Assembly: GCA_034780895.1 (NCBI GenBank)
Contig: JAUZTB010000135.1
Coordinates: forward strand, 6,852,038-6,916,037
DNA from: Rhynchobatus australiae
Taxonomy: Eukaryota
Direction: 5' to 3'
DNA: 64,000 nucleotides
Part shown: piece after piece, positions 1-12,029 of the stretch
Position numbering within the stretch: position 1 is the stretch's first letter
Layout of the letters: each line of letters begins with the position of its first letter
Notes under the pieces: model-generated
What the model saw: the letters and a program-made list of their open reading frames with translations, nothing else
What the model was told of the DNA's origin: nothing
Databases searched by the model: none
Translations under genes and position numbers: made by a program

Positions 1-639
1 AAAGACATTTTCACCACTAATGGGTTAGTCCCACTACATCAAAACCGTGGAAGTAATGTGTTGCACTTGTACTCTACCTTTTAGCTTAACGTTGTCCATA
101 ACACATATGGAAACATAGATTCAGGGATCGGCTATTCAGTCTATTAGTGATTCATATCTCAGCTCCATCTATTCAAGATTGTTCTGTAACAAATAGGATC
201 TTTACTAAACTGGAGTATAACACCATACAAAAAATTAAATCTGACAATTTTTTTTCTGATAACTGTAACTGGATTGTTTGTCCTTAGCAGAATGTTGAAA
301 GTTTTCGTGATTTTCTTCAACTTGATGACTTTTTACAGGAAGTCCACCAATTTTGTTCTTAGGATATTTATGGAACAATATGCCTCACACAATGTGTCAA
401 TCATTGATTTAGGAGTGGTGTTTATACTTGGCCTTATGCCAGTTGATTGTACAACAGTCTTCAAGATGCACTATCAACTGTTATGTCAGCCAAAATTATG
501 TTTAAATTTTGAAGGATTGAAATTAAATTTCTTCTCAAGTGGTAATTATATAATATTGTTATTAGAGGAAGGCTTAAGTGAATCCATAAGATTAACTGAT
601 ACAGTGATGAATGGTTAGGATATACTCTCTGATGTATAA

Positions 640-722
640 AACGAAAATACCGCAGATGCTGGAAATCTGAAGCAGAAAGTGCCAAACAGATCAGACAGGA
701 TTCGTGAAGAGAGAAATAGAGA
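640..722 (-). mobile_element. Penelope-derived short repeat fragment
   Basis: CGCAGATGCTGGAAATCTGAAGCAGAAAGTGC...CAGACAGGATTCGTGAAGAGAGAAA matches the GCAGATGCTGGAATCT motif found at 1969, 4049 and 44440. Confidence 0.6.
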
Positions 723-1129
723 TAAATTTTTAAGTATGAATGGTGATTACTTTTAATACTGGGGAAAAAAATATTTATACACAAAATAAAACATTTATAC
801 TCTTACATGGTGTGGGAGTATTCCAGTAGTTATGGCAAAAATACTGAAAATAATCATTGAAAGTATGCAGGGAATTTTTTTAGCCGAAGGAACAATGTTC
901 TGCAGTACCTCTTGTATGGCTGGGAATGGAATTCTGCATTTTAAGATTAATTGCATATCTCCTGATATGGCTTGGTATTAATTTTATTGTTTTTAATGCT
1001 TCTGTGATGCACTTTGTTGTGTTAAAGGTCAGGTATAAATGGCAGATGCTACTGCTGTGCAGATTTGGATTTGAATGGCCTTTCCCCTTTCTGCTTTTGA
1101 AATTCTTATCCTTGTTTTCAGTTCTTGAT

Positions 1130-1430
1130 GCTTTCTCTCCACATCTCTGCAATGTCTTTTTGGGCTAAAATCATCCGGAATACTGGCAGTCCTAAATTCT
1201 GGTCACTTGATTACCCTGAATTTAAATACTCTACCAACAGTGGCTGTTCCTTCAGTTGACAAGACCCAAAGCTCTGGAATTCCCTCTCAGAAAATCTTTA
1301 CTTCTCCTTGTGCTGATGCAGAACTACCCCTTGGCCTCCACGGATATCACTTGACCTGCTGTGTTCCTCCAGCAGTTTGTTCTTTGCTCTACCTTTCCTT
1401 TGTTTAAGATGCTACCTTATTGGTCTTTCT
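1130..1430 (+). mobile_element. L2-clade LINE 3' fragment, interrupted by a Penelope-derived piece
   Basis: TGGCTGTTCCTTCAGTTGACAAGACCCAAAGCTCTGGAATTCCCTC...TTTAAGATGCT resembles the L2 3' end and is homologous to 24074-24275. Confidence 0.55.
1303..1388 (+). mobile_element. Penelope-derived short repeat with partial hammerhead core
   Basis: CTGATGCAG followed by CCTTGGCCTCCACGGATATCACTTGACCTGCTGTGTTCCTCCAGCAGTTTG, same family as 46800-46900. Confidence 0.6.
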
Positions 1431-1963
1431 GCTCTGATATTTGCAAGTGTGGCTAAATTTTATATGATTGATGATGCTGGTCTGAATCCATGAACCTTAG
1501 GGATGCAGTTGTTGTTGTTTAGTTCAATCAGCAGTTTAAGGACATTTAAAACAACACATCATTGAAACTTGCAGTTGCAATGAGGCCACATGACCTGTTG
1601 TATTTTACTGGTTCTTTGAGGGAGCAGTTACACTTATCTAGCATCCTTCTTCAGATCCCAATCAACTTATCTTTCAAGTATTTATGGAATCAAATTCCAT
1701 CACCTTTTCAGGTGGAGTGTCCAGATCACAGTTATTTTGAGTGGAAAAAAAATCTCCTGATCTCTGTTTTTGTTCTTTTTACATTGGTTTTTATTCTAGG
1801 TCCACTGGTGATTAAACCAAGTGAGCAAAGGGAAAAGATTTTCTTATTAAAACCTTTGTTCATGATATTGAAAATCTGCATCAAAACATCTTTTAGCTTT
1901 TACTGTTTGAAGAACAACCTTTAAGCTTTCCATCTTCTCTTCATAACTAAAGACCTATAGTAG

Positions 1964-2077
1964 AAGACGGCAGATGCTGGAATCTAGAACAAAAATAAAA
2001 CACTGGATGAACTGAACGAGTCGGGCAGCAACAAGTGTATGTCAACATTTTGGCTTGAGACCCTGCATCAGGTCTGG
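1964..2077 (-). mobile_element. Penelope-derived short repeat with decayed hammerhead motif
   Basis: GCAGATGCTGGAATCTAG...CTGGATGAACTGAACGAGTCGGGCAGCA; minus strand 2075-2041 reads AGAC-CTGATGCA-GGGTCTCAAGCC-AAAATGTT-GAC. Confidence 0.7.
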
Positions 2078-2081
2078 TGGA

Positions 2082-2240
2082 ATCATGGTTATATTAAAGG
2101 ACTAGTCTGAACTGTTAATCCAAAGACAAGATTGTGAGTTCCACCACAGTCAGTGGGGAATTTAAATAATTTAGTACTTCAGGAATAAAAAGCTCGTTTC
2201 AGTAGCAGTGAATATGGAAGCACAGGATTGCTATAAACCA
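2082..2240 (+). mobile_element. Old L2-tailed SINE, 5' half
   Basis: GGGGAATTTAAATAATT...GGAATAAAAAGCT...CAGTAGCAGTGAATATGGAAGCACAGGATTG is homologous to 60850-61148 and to minus copies at 12455, 34955 and 48790. Confidence 0.55.
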
Positions 2241-2309
2241 CAACCACCCCCCCCCCCCCCCACCATCTCCCACCCCTGGTTTATGTTTGTCCTTCTGGGG
2301 CTGAAATCT

Positions 2310-2440
2310 GCCATCCTTCTCTTGTAAATTTCCTCTGTACATTTTCCAAAGCCACCTCTCTTGAAGCGTGGTGCCCAGAATTGACCACAGTACTCTCGTT
2401 GAAGCCTAATCAGTGATTTATGAAGTTCTGGCATGATCTG
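2310..2440 (-). mobile_element. CR1 LINE ORF2 C-terminal fragment
   Basis: Minus ORF 2231-2527 contains LHKSLIRLQREYCGQFWAPRFKR, the CR1 LYKxLVRPxLEYCVQFWSP motif. Confidence 0.75.
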
Positions 2441-3449
2441 TTTGCTTTTATATAATATTCCTGTCTTTATAAACTTAGATAACGCATAAACAGCATTCTG
2501 CTTCACACTTCTCTGCACTAAGCTCAATTTTCTTGTCTTATGACAGCTTGGAAGTGGGTACTATGGAAAACTTTTTGAATGGCAAAGGCACCACTTCAAA
2601 CAAAGGTAGATGAAGGCAGTAATGAGAAGAGAAAATACAAATCTTCCCATTGTTCATTGCATTTTTTTTCACGTTTGGCCTTTGATTACTTTCTCATGAG
2701 CACAAATTCCCATGTACTGATGTAGTTTCAACACATGACGAACGGCAGCCAATTCACTCAGGAGTGTTAATTGCAACTTTTATTTTTCCATAGCTATCTG
2801 GCACAACAAAACAGTTTAGAAATTATTGCTGTGACTTCAAAGAACAGAACTCTGTCTGAGATTTGCAAATCTCTTTCAGGAGAGCTATTAGTTGGACAAC
2901 ACATTGTTGGTGAAATACAAGAGTAGCTTTGAAAGATTTCTGCACATGGGTTTGTGGTAATTTAATCAGATATTTTGCTAATCCAGACTGAAATTTGCTT
3001 CCTAGTCACTGGATAGAGCAACAAATAGAGCTTTAATCACATATTGATAATAATAAGATTTATTATGGAAAATTAAGGTATTATAGAACATGAGGGATAT
3101 CTCCAAGAGAGAAATGCACAGTATAATGTAATTGTCTCCATGTTGAAATGCTATCTCTGTCAACATCTCCACCCTTATCTGCTTTTGGACTGAGTAAAAG
3201 GTAACAACATTTAAAAGGATAAACAAAAGTAGTTTTTCTCATTGCTTCCTGGGTGGTTGTCCACCTCCTTACAGATGGAATTGCCAATAATTTTGCTTTT
3301 TTATCTATGGTTAAATTTCAGCATTTTCTGTTTTTATTTCAGATTTTCAGCATCTGCAATTTTTTATTTTCAGTTCGGGGAAGTGGTGTTGCGCTGCAGA
3401 GATGGACTGATACACAGTATATGCTTGTGTTCTGTTGTTTGGATCAATA

Positions 3450-3505
3450 ACTGAGTTAAGTGGGTTCAGAACTGCAAATATTTGGGTTCAGTCCTCACAG
3501 TCTCA
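3450..3505 (+). mobile_element. Possible ancient RTE-type RT fragment
   Basis: AAGTGGGTTCAGAACTGCAAATATTTGGGTTCAGTCCTC translates KWVQNCKYLGSVL, like the RT domain 7 FKYLGS motif. The flanks are not alignable by eye. Confidence 0.3.
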
Positions 3506-4036
3506 AACTCAGGAGGGCTAGTAGAGTCTGAAGCACCCAAAATGACATGAGGAACCTCGACAATATTGATTGGTGGATACAGGTTTTGGAGCTGAAATTT
3601 ACAATATGCAAATCTGCAATGGAAAATCATATGAGGCCTCTTCCAGCGCACAAGAAATACTCAACAAATGGAATTCAGCTAAGTAGAGGAGAGGTGGGAT
3701 GACATCTGGAAGGATAGTAGACTTGACACTGACTATGGCCAGACATGGCAAAGCAGCAATCAGCAAATAACATGGAATGCTGAGTTCCAGTGCCAAATCA
3801 GTANNNNNNNNNNNNNNNNNNNNNNNNNNNNNNNNNNNNNNNNNNNNNNNNNNNNCTGTTTCCTGAATACCGCATGCTGTTCTGCTCACCATAAGGCAGA
3901 ATTGTAATTTCAATGTTGTGATTAATCAACGCCGTATTAGGAAAACTTGAACTCGACATCCTTAAAGGAGGTGAATGCGAGGGAGTATTGTGGACCTCTT
4001 AAAGATGTATATGGATTAGATAACGTTAATCCTGAG

Positions 4037-4166
4037 ATACAAGAGACTGCAGATGCTGGAATCTGGATCAATAAACAATCAGCTGGATGAACTCAGCGGG
4101 TCCAGAAGCATCGGTGGGAGGAAAGGAATTGTTGGAGTTTTGGGTCGAAACCCTGCCTCAGTCCTG
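4037..4166 (-). mobile_element. Penelope-derived short repeat with hammerhead motif
   Basis: ACAAGAGACTGCAGATGCTGGAATCTGG...GAACTCAGCGGGTC; minus strand CTGAGGCA-GGGT-TTCG-ACCC-AAAAC has a perfect stem II. Confidence 0.75.
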
Positions 4167-4304
4167 TGCACCATTTAACTTGTACCACGATTGGGAAGGC
4201 TGATCTTGGGAAGTGTCCAATAGCAGCTGATAAGTAGATTAAATGAGAGCAGAGGCAGAAACCCAGGAACAATTCAGGAGGCAGATTTGATGTAATAGAA
4301 GACT

Positions 4305-4723
4305 TTTTGGTTGTTTTCTCTGGAGCGGTGGAAGCTGATGGGAGACCTGATAGAAGTTTATAAGATTATGAGGGGCATAGAGAGAGTAGACACTCAGTAT
4401 CTTTTTCCCAGGGTCGAAATGTCTATTAGTATAAGGCACGCATTTAAGATGAGAAGGGTTAAATTCAAAGGAGATGTGTGGGGCAGGTTTTTTTACTCAG
4501 TGTGATGGTTGCCTGGAAGGCATCAAACAGCGGTGGTAGTGGAGGCAAATATGATGAGAGGCTTTCAAGAGACTCTTAGTTAGGCTTATGAATATGGAAA
4601 GAGGGATATGGACGTGTGGGCAGAAGGGACTAGTTTATTCAGCTTTTAATGACTAATTTAATGAATTTGGCACAACATCATGTGCCAATGGGCCTGTTCC
4701 TGTGCTGTGTGTTGTTCTATGTT
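4305..4723 (+). mobile_element. CR1 LINE 3' end (5'-truncated)
   Basis: ORF 4311-4505 FSLERWKLMGDLIEVYKIMRGIERVD; ends in GGGCCTGTTCCTGTGCTGT...TGTTCTATGTTC CR1 tail. Confidence 0.9.
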
Positions 4724-7304
4724 CAAAACATACACTAGTTCTCTAGGAAGGATGTCCCTGATTTTATTTTTGCAAAATTGGGGGTAATGATGCCAATTCT
4801 GCACTGATTACACTTCCCAAAGGAGCAGACAGTTCCTTGTTCACTGGTTGTATTCTGCTGCAACGGACTTGCATGCTGGGTTTTAGAGGGCTCTAACAGT
4901 CAGCCATGCTGTTTCTAAACAGTAGTTGTGCATAAGCCAGACCAGGTTGGCTGCAGGTTTCTTATTCTGAAAAATATTGATGACTTTGTCGGATGTTTAT
5001 TACAATAAGCAGTCTGCAAGGTCACTTGTTCCTAGATTTATTGAATGCAGTCTCCCAAATTTACCACGGTGGTATTTAAATGTTACAAATGATAGGCTGA
5101 CCAACTTTTTTTAGCTGCAGGTTGCTAGTTGTGAATGGAAATCTGATGCAAAGAATGATATGTTTGATTGAAATAGTTAATGCCTGTATGAAGCACTGCA
5201 ATACAGAAGCATTATTTAACTTCTCACAACAGGGCCATTAGCAGGATCTTTGACTTCAATAAATGTAGCAGCTCATGTCAGTTACATAAGGAAAGTTAAG
5301 CAGTTTAAACTATTTCCTACCAAAGTTTATAGCATTGATGCATATTAACTGAGCCCTAGCCAAATTGTAGGTTGTGTCTTGTTAATATTTGTAAATTTTT
5401 GAATATTTTTCTCACTTTTTCCTTGCTTCTCCTTTCTGCTGTTCTATTTCTTCCCTGTTGGAAAGATGCTATGGTTGAACCATATGTTGGATGTGACCAA
5501 TTATGGCAAGAACGATGTGTGGATTTGGAACAAGCAAATTAGTTTCTCCATCATTGCTGTAGACTTGGTTAGTAGCAGTAGTTTTGTTTCAGTTCAGTGA
5601 TCCATCTAACTTGCTCTTGTAAGCTTCCCNNNNNNNNNNNNNNNNNNNNNNNNNNNNNNNNNNNNNNNNNNNNNNNNNNNNNNNNNNNNNNNNNNNNNNN
5701 NNNNNNNNNNNNNNNNNNNNNNNNNNNNNNNNNNNNNNNNNNNNNNNNNNNNNNNNNNNNNNNNNNNNNNNNNNNNNNNNNNNNNCCCACTTTTCCAAAT
5801 AGGAATTCATCTCGCCCTTTTTAAAAACCTGTCATAGTAATTTGTTCCACAATTTCACAGTAATGCAATAATGCTTTGGGCGAGCAATGGAACATACTAC
5901 TTTAAAAAGGTGAACGACAGCTGGAATACATTTCAAGGTGCGGTGGTTATGACCAGAGTAGCAGATGGATTGAAGAAACTGTTGAATGTGACAATGAGAA
6001 GATGGTAGGCTTGGGGATTCAATGAAAATGACTTTTGGAAAGGTGGCATCTATTGAGTCTAATGGTTGCTCTACACAACAATTGACCAAAAATGCCGGAA
6101 ACGATCCAATTGCTCATCTAGTTTCTCTAACCCAGACGTAATGCAGCCTAATTGCCCAATTAATTCAACCCCCTACTCCACCCAGTCCCTTAATCTCTAC
6201 CAGTTACACACCCTTAGCAAAGGCAACAAAAGCAGAAAGAACTGTGTGGACACAAACCATATATAAATGTACAATTTTTAATTTTAATCCAAACATGTAA
6301 AGTGCTATAGCAATGATGCTATCCTCAATTAAAAAAAAGCCTTGGTTTCATTAAAAATCTGTGAAAGTTATTCCAATTTGCCGTGACACATTTCCTCAGC
6401 TTTCCCCTGAGATTGTATCAAGTGCTGTTGTTTTGTAATTGCTGCCAGTTTTTCCACTTGCTCCCACTGGAGTTCTGCATAAGGGAGGGGGGGGGGAAAA
6501 ATTATCCTCCTGATGACAGAGTTGCCTGGATGATTTCATGCTTGTAGCATTTGTTCACGGGAATTTGTGAAAAATGTAACTGCAGCAGGGCACTGAAACA
6601 ATTAATGTTACTTTTAGTTTTTGACTTTGTGCTGTAGACTGAATGAAGAATTGCAGGTGTTTTACTGACCTGGTCCTGTGGGATTTTATGATGGTAGATT
6701 TTAAGAAGAAAGTACATGTGTTTGCAGAGTAAAGCAGCAGCTGTCAAGGATTTATGCCTTTGTCAGAACTGTAAGATTTAAAAATGTAACATTTAATAAA
6801 AATACATGGAAAGCAGAACAAATTTTANNNNNNNNNNNNATGAACTTTTGGTTTGATCTCTTTACCATAGCAGCAGCTTGTGGGAATATGGAATCAGAAT
6901 CTTGTACTATCTTAATTTAAATATGGTAAGTGAGATTATATGAGAAAATGTCACAGGATCCTTTTTATTACTTTGTAGCTTGTATGGGACCACACTTGAA
7001 CACGTAATTACTTTAAAAGGCCTTTTGTTAGTCTATAAGAATGATTACAAGTCCAGTGGGAGGTAGGAACCAAGTAGGTGATGTACAGAAGAGTCTTAAA
7101 CCATTGTGTATTTCATGAGTTGAATCCCAGACATATTCTTGACTTTCTGCTGTTTTGGATGCTTGCTTCAAAGGTTTCAGAATCAGTATGTATTTTTTCT
7201 GTTGGATGCACTGCTTTTTTCTATGCTTGCCTCAGGGTGTTAATTTTTTTTAATGCAGCATCTATGTGCACATACTATCGTATCAGAATACTTGTAACCC
7301 TTTA

Positions 7305-7646
7305 GGGGTGGAACAGTGGCACAACTAGTAGAGCTGCTGCCTCACCGTGCCAGAGACTTGGTTTGATCCTGACCTTTGGTGGTGTCTGTGTGGAGCTTGC
7401 ACATTCACCCTGGGAATGCGTGGGTTTCCTCTGGGTGCTCCAGTTTCTCCCACATCCCAAAGGTTGGAAGGTTAATTGACCACTGTAAATTGCTGCTAGT
7501 GTGCAGATGAGTGGTAGAATCTGGAGGAGTCAATGGGAATGTGGGTAGAATTAATATCGGGTAAGTGTAAATGGATAGTTGAAGGTTGGTGAGGATCTGG
7601 AAGGCAGCGGAGCCTGTTTCTGTGCTGTATCTCTCTATGACTATGT
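7305..7646 (+). mobile_element. tRNA-derived V-SINE (HE1-like) with CR1-type tail
   Basis: tRNA-like head with B-box-like GGTTTGATCC, V-domain GCGTGGGTTTCCTCTGGGTGCTCCAGTTTCTCCCACATCCCAAAG, tail GCCTGTTTCTGTGCTGTATCTCTCTATGACTATG. Confidence 0.9.
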
Positions 7647-7759
7647 GACTTTTTCCTTAGTCATTTGAGATTCAGATATTTACATTTATAATTTGCTTCA
7701 GAGCCAGAAAGTGCACAAAAGGAAGTTTCAATGAACCTGTAAAAAAAAAAGTTACTTTG

Positions 7760-8080
7760 GGAACAATGCAAAATTTTTTTAGAGAGGGTGCAGAAGGAAC
7801 TCCCCAGAAAGATTCTGGAGTTGAGGTATATTAGTTATGTGTATAGTCTGGAGATGCTGGGGCTGTTATCCTTGGAACAGGGGAGATTGCAGTGGGATCT
7901 GCTCATGATAATTATAATCATAATGGGTATAAACAGAATGGGTAAAATGAAACTAGAGGTTGACCATATAAGTTAACTGCAAAGAAAGGAATGTATGTGG
8001 AACTTATGTACCCAGAGAATGTGAAGCTGTTGCAAGGAGCTATTAAAGCAAACTGCATATAGATACTTTCAAGGGGAAGC
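7760..8080 (+). mobile_element. Degraded CR1 LINE 3' fragment
   Basis: ORF 7788-7976 VQKELPRKILELRYISYVYSLEMLGLLSLEQGRLQWDL matches the CR1 ORF2 C-terminus. Confidence 0.75.
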
Positions 8081-8318
8081 CTAGCATTCCCTATGGTTTT
8101 CCAGCCACTTTCTCAATCTGCTGTTACTTCAATGAAACATGCAAATATACCCAGGTACCTCTGTTCTTGTTCTCCTTTTAGCATTGCTTTCTCTGATTTA
8201 TGTTACCTCTCACCATTCCCAGCAAATAGTTCATTTCTTTTAAATAAACTTTGTGTAATTTCACCCATTCTAGTAAGCATCCAGACATTTGCATTCTACC
8301 AGCATGTGATATTGTTTT

Positions 8319-8467
8319 AAAAAAAACTGCTGGAAGAACTCACTGGGTCAAGCAGCATCTGTGGAGGCAAAGGGACAACCTGAAACGTCAACCATCCCTT
8401 TGCCTCCACGGAAGCTGCTTGACCTGCTGAGTTGCTCCTGATTTCAGCGTCTGCAGCCTCTTGTTTT
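8319..8467. mobile_element. Penelope-derived foldback element
   Basis: Arm GGTCAAGCAGCATCTGTGGAGGCAAAGGGA pairs with TCCCTTTGCCTCCACGGAAGCTGCTTGACC; the loop holds ACCTGAAACGTC, the hammerhead 3' half. Confidence 0.8.
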
Positions 8468-9114
8468 GCCATATTGTGTTTGCTGATTGCTGTAAAGGGA
8501 ATTTGTTGGGAGCTTGTATATATTCTAGTATTTCCCGTCATTGCATAGTTTTTGCATGGATTGTGGTGCATACCAGCAAGACCTGTTTAGGAGCAATGTT
8601 TATGACTTTAAATGGCTATAACCATTCAATGCTAAAGCACAAGTTACATGCTTGTGTTTGTCATGTTATTTTCTCATAAGTGAAGTACCACAAAAGCATT
8701 AACTAGGTACTTTTGTATATCATGACCTTTATTTAAATCACTGAAATAAATATATTTGTGTAAATCAATCAAAAGTTAAGATAAAGCATTTGAGAGATGT
8801 CAGTTTGAACTGGAATCCAGGCAGATATATAAATTATTTTTAAGTAATGAACTGAATAGCAAGGATCATTAGCTTTGAGGCATTTGACTCAGTTATTCAA
8901 GGTGCTGTCAATTTCAGTGGGGTTACCACTTAATTTAAATCAGTTGCTCAGAAGAATTCTGTAGCTAATTCATAAATTAATATTGTTCTTTTTAGGGTAT
9001 ATCCAAAATTGAATACATTTTCAGCATGCTCATACTTTAAGTTGCCTTATGTTGTTGCCGATTTATGTTTCATTATTTTCATTTTTAGTAAGATAGCAAA
9101 TTATACCAGATAAC

Positions 9115-9610
9115 ACTTTTTGTAGCACCTCAGAAGATTCTAAAATATTTTACAACCAATGAAGCACTTCTGAAATGTGGTAAGGGAGGGTCCATAAGGC
9201 AAGATGAACACTGTGAAGTTTGAAGAACAGAAATTAAATGAATGACCAGGTCACATGTATCTTTGTTGGTTGAGGCATGAATGTTGGTCAACACATCAGA
9301 AGGATTATTCTACTCTCCTTTATATTATGCCATCTGGAATCTTTGCCATCCAACTGAAGGGACAGATGAGGCTTTAGTTTAACATCATAACATCTTAGCT
9401 GAGAGAAGGTGTCGCCAAGGNNNNNNNNNNNNNNNNNNNNNNNNNNNNNNNNNNNNNNNNNNNNNNNNNNNNNNNNNNNNNNNNNNNNNNNNNNNNNNNN
9501 NNNNNNNNNNNNNNNNNNNNACATCTTAGCTGAGAGAAGGTGTCGCCAAGGGTGCAGCAGTTTACACCACTCTGAATGTTTGGAGCTAGATTACATAATC
9601 AGATTGCCAG
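9115..9610 (-). mobile_element. Deu-domain SINE (SacSINE1/AmnSINE-related), degraded
   Basis: GGAATCTTTGCCATCCAACTGAAGGGACAGATGAGGCTTTAGTTTAACATC resembles the reverse complement of the Deu domain; homologous to 57130-57521 and 58570-58790. Confidence 0.6.
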
Positions 9611-10094
9611 CATGGGCATGAAGATATGACCTGTTGATGAAGGCAAGAGTGATGATAGTTTGGAAGTGCCTGACATAGATGAGGGTTTCAGTCACAGAAA
9701 TGGTGTGGAGGAGAGCCGCATTAAGTAGGTGGAAATGTGGGATCTTTGCTTCTGATGACCTTATGGGTTTCGATGTATAGTTCATGCAATTAAGATGTTG
9801 CACATAATCATTCAGTGTGAGACAGGAACACAGTCAGTGGTGAAGCAAATGTGGCAGGGTGCCATGTCTGGTGGCTTCTGTCTTCTTCATGCTTGTTGGG
9901 AGAAAATACTGTTTCATCTGAAGCAGAATGTTGTTGAAGCAATCTTACAACACCGAGGCCGATGAGGATCAGGAAAGGTGATGGAGAGGTGGTTGTAGAT
10001 ATCATCTGTGTATTCATGAATGGTGACTCTGCTTGAAGTTAGTTGCTGGCAGGTGACAAGTCATTTAATTCATTTGGTAAATGATACTGGGGTG

Positions 10095-10210
10095 GAAAAA
10101 GAACCATTGCTGGAGCAACAATCTGCTGAAAGAACTCAGCGGGTTGATCAGCATCCATGGGAGGAAAGGAATTGTTGACGTTTCAGGTTGAAACCCTGCA
10201 TCAGGACTCA
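10095..10210 (-). mobile_element. Penelope-derived short repeat with near-complete minimal hammerhead motif
   Basis: Minus strand 10209-10171: GAGTC-CTGATGCA-GGGTTTCAACCT-GAAACGTC-AACAAT. Confidence 0.8.
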
Positions 10211-12029
10211 AGGATATCAGGACTTACTGGAGCTGCTTTGGCTGTGGTCACATAGGGAGGATTAGAACCAAGCAAGGGCAGCGTGCATTGCTGTGTAATA
10301 TGTGAGTTTTTGGAGTGGGATAGTGTGGTTGNNNNNNNNNNNNNNNNNNNNNNNNNNNNNNNNNNNNNNNNNNNNNNNNNNNNNNNNNNNNNNNNNNNNN
10401 NNNNNNNNNNNNNNNNNNNNNNNNNNNNNNNNNNNNNNNNNNNNNNNNNNCAAAACAATTAGTTTGAGCATTGCAGTTTGTGAACAATAAAGCTGCTTTT
10501 GAAGATATGTGATATTTGGTAAAAGAAACATATCTTTAACAAAGTACTTAATTGAATTTTAAAAAATAGATATTTAAAAAAATAGCATTTAAAAATAGAA
10601 ACCATTTCTAAAATAATTGGAAATGTTTAATTTTTATTGTCTTTGTGCAGATTCCTGGTAACATAACCTTGATATCACCTGCAAATATTTTTAATGAATT
10701 AGGTCATGTCATCAACCATTTTATGTTGGAACATTAGAATTCTGCAACAGTAATTACAATGCAAAGCTGTCTTTGCTCCCAGTAATGGTTACTTTAATAG
10801 ATGATGTGGAAAAATGTTGAGTATTTAATTCTTTGTTCTGAAGAGATTGGGGAAAATGAACGAATGGTTGGACCATTGTGTTTTTTTTTATGTTGGCTGA
10901 TCGTTAAGTTATAAGGCAACCTATATTTGTTGGTCTTTGGTTGATTTAGCTGTTTATAATAAAACAATAATAGCCTGGATATGGCTTTGGAAATCTTGGG
11001 AGATGTGGAATGTAGCAGATTGGAAAGCTCAGACATTAGCCTTTGAGCAGCTGGAAAACTTTTCTTTCCTATCAGCTACTGGCAGTGACTGAATTTGGAA
11101 CAAGAAGATGGGATAAATCTAATTACTGCCTAAGCTCATCAATCTCTGCAGCTGCTGCCTCCTAAATTATCAGTCCATTTATTTTCAGGATAATTTTCTT
11201 GACTTGGACTTTACCATACGGAATGGACAGTGCAGTGGATTTTTTTTTATGTACAGTTGACTAATAATGAAAGGTCATGTTACTTATTATTATAAGCAGT
11301 CTTAGTAATGGTGTTAATTGCTTTTTCATGACATATTTGAGAAAATGTTATTGCTGTTTCACACGAATGGTGCAACATTGTCTATACTTTCTGGCACCAG
11401 TGTTGCTCTTTTCAGAGGCGTGCCAAGAAGTTGACAATCAAAGGCATCCTTTTGCTTTTGTAATTTGGATTATGACTTGCTGTGCAATCTTTAATGTGTC
11501 TTTTAATTAATTGGCTGAAATATNNNNNNNNNNNNNNNNNNNNNNNNNNNNNNNNNNNNNNNNNNNNNNNNNNNNNNNNNNNNNNNNNNNNNNNNNNNNT
11601 GATTATTTTTATAAATACTCCAAATACAGTGTGATCAGATCAAACGTAATTGTTAGGTAAAGTAGGTAGAGCAAGTGCGGATAAATGGATGTACAGATGC
11701 TATTTAATCTTTATTTCAGAATTGGGTCTTCTGCCCTTTTCTGTACAATCCTTTGATTTACACTTATATATAATTCAATAGCTATCTCACTAGAACTATT
11801 CCTTTTTATCACTTTGTTGTCAGTTATAAAATGATTCTATGGATTTGATGATTTCAGAATTCATGACTAATGTGAAATTTATATTAGAACAGATGTCATA
11901 ATGCGCACATATTCAGTCAAATATGCCAGGGGGCATTACATTGTTGAAAGTAATATCCACCTGTTCGTGATGTTGTTACAGGCATCTCTCTCGATTCATA
12001 TCAATTTGAAAGCCAAGAAATAGACTTTA

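Noticed and set aside
274-1924. Short Leu/Phe-rich ORFs
   Set aside because: No recognisable domain; composition reflects T-rich non-coding DNA.
6871-6925. Possible exon TAG|CAGCAG...ATG|GTAAGT
   Set aside because: 55/52/49 nt is not frame-preserving and the peptide is unrecognised; likely a pseudo-exon.
9391-9551. Direct repeat ACATCTTAGCTGAGAGAAGGTGTCGCCAAGG on both sides of a gap
   Set aside because: Identical copies flank a 100-N gap: unmerged contig overlap.
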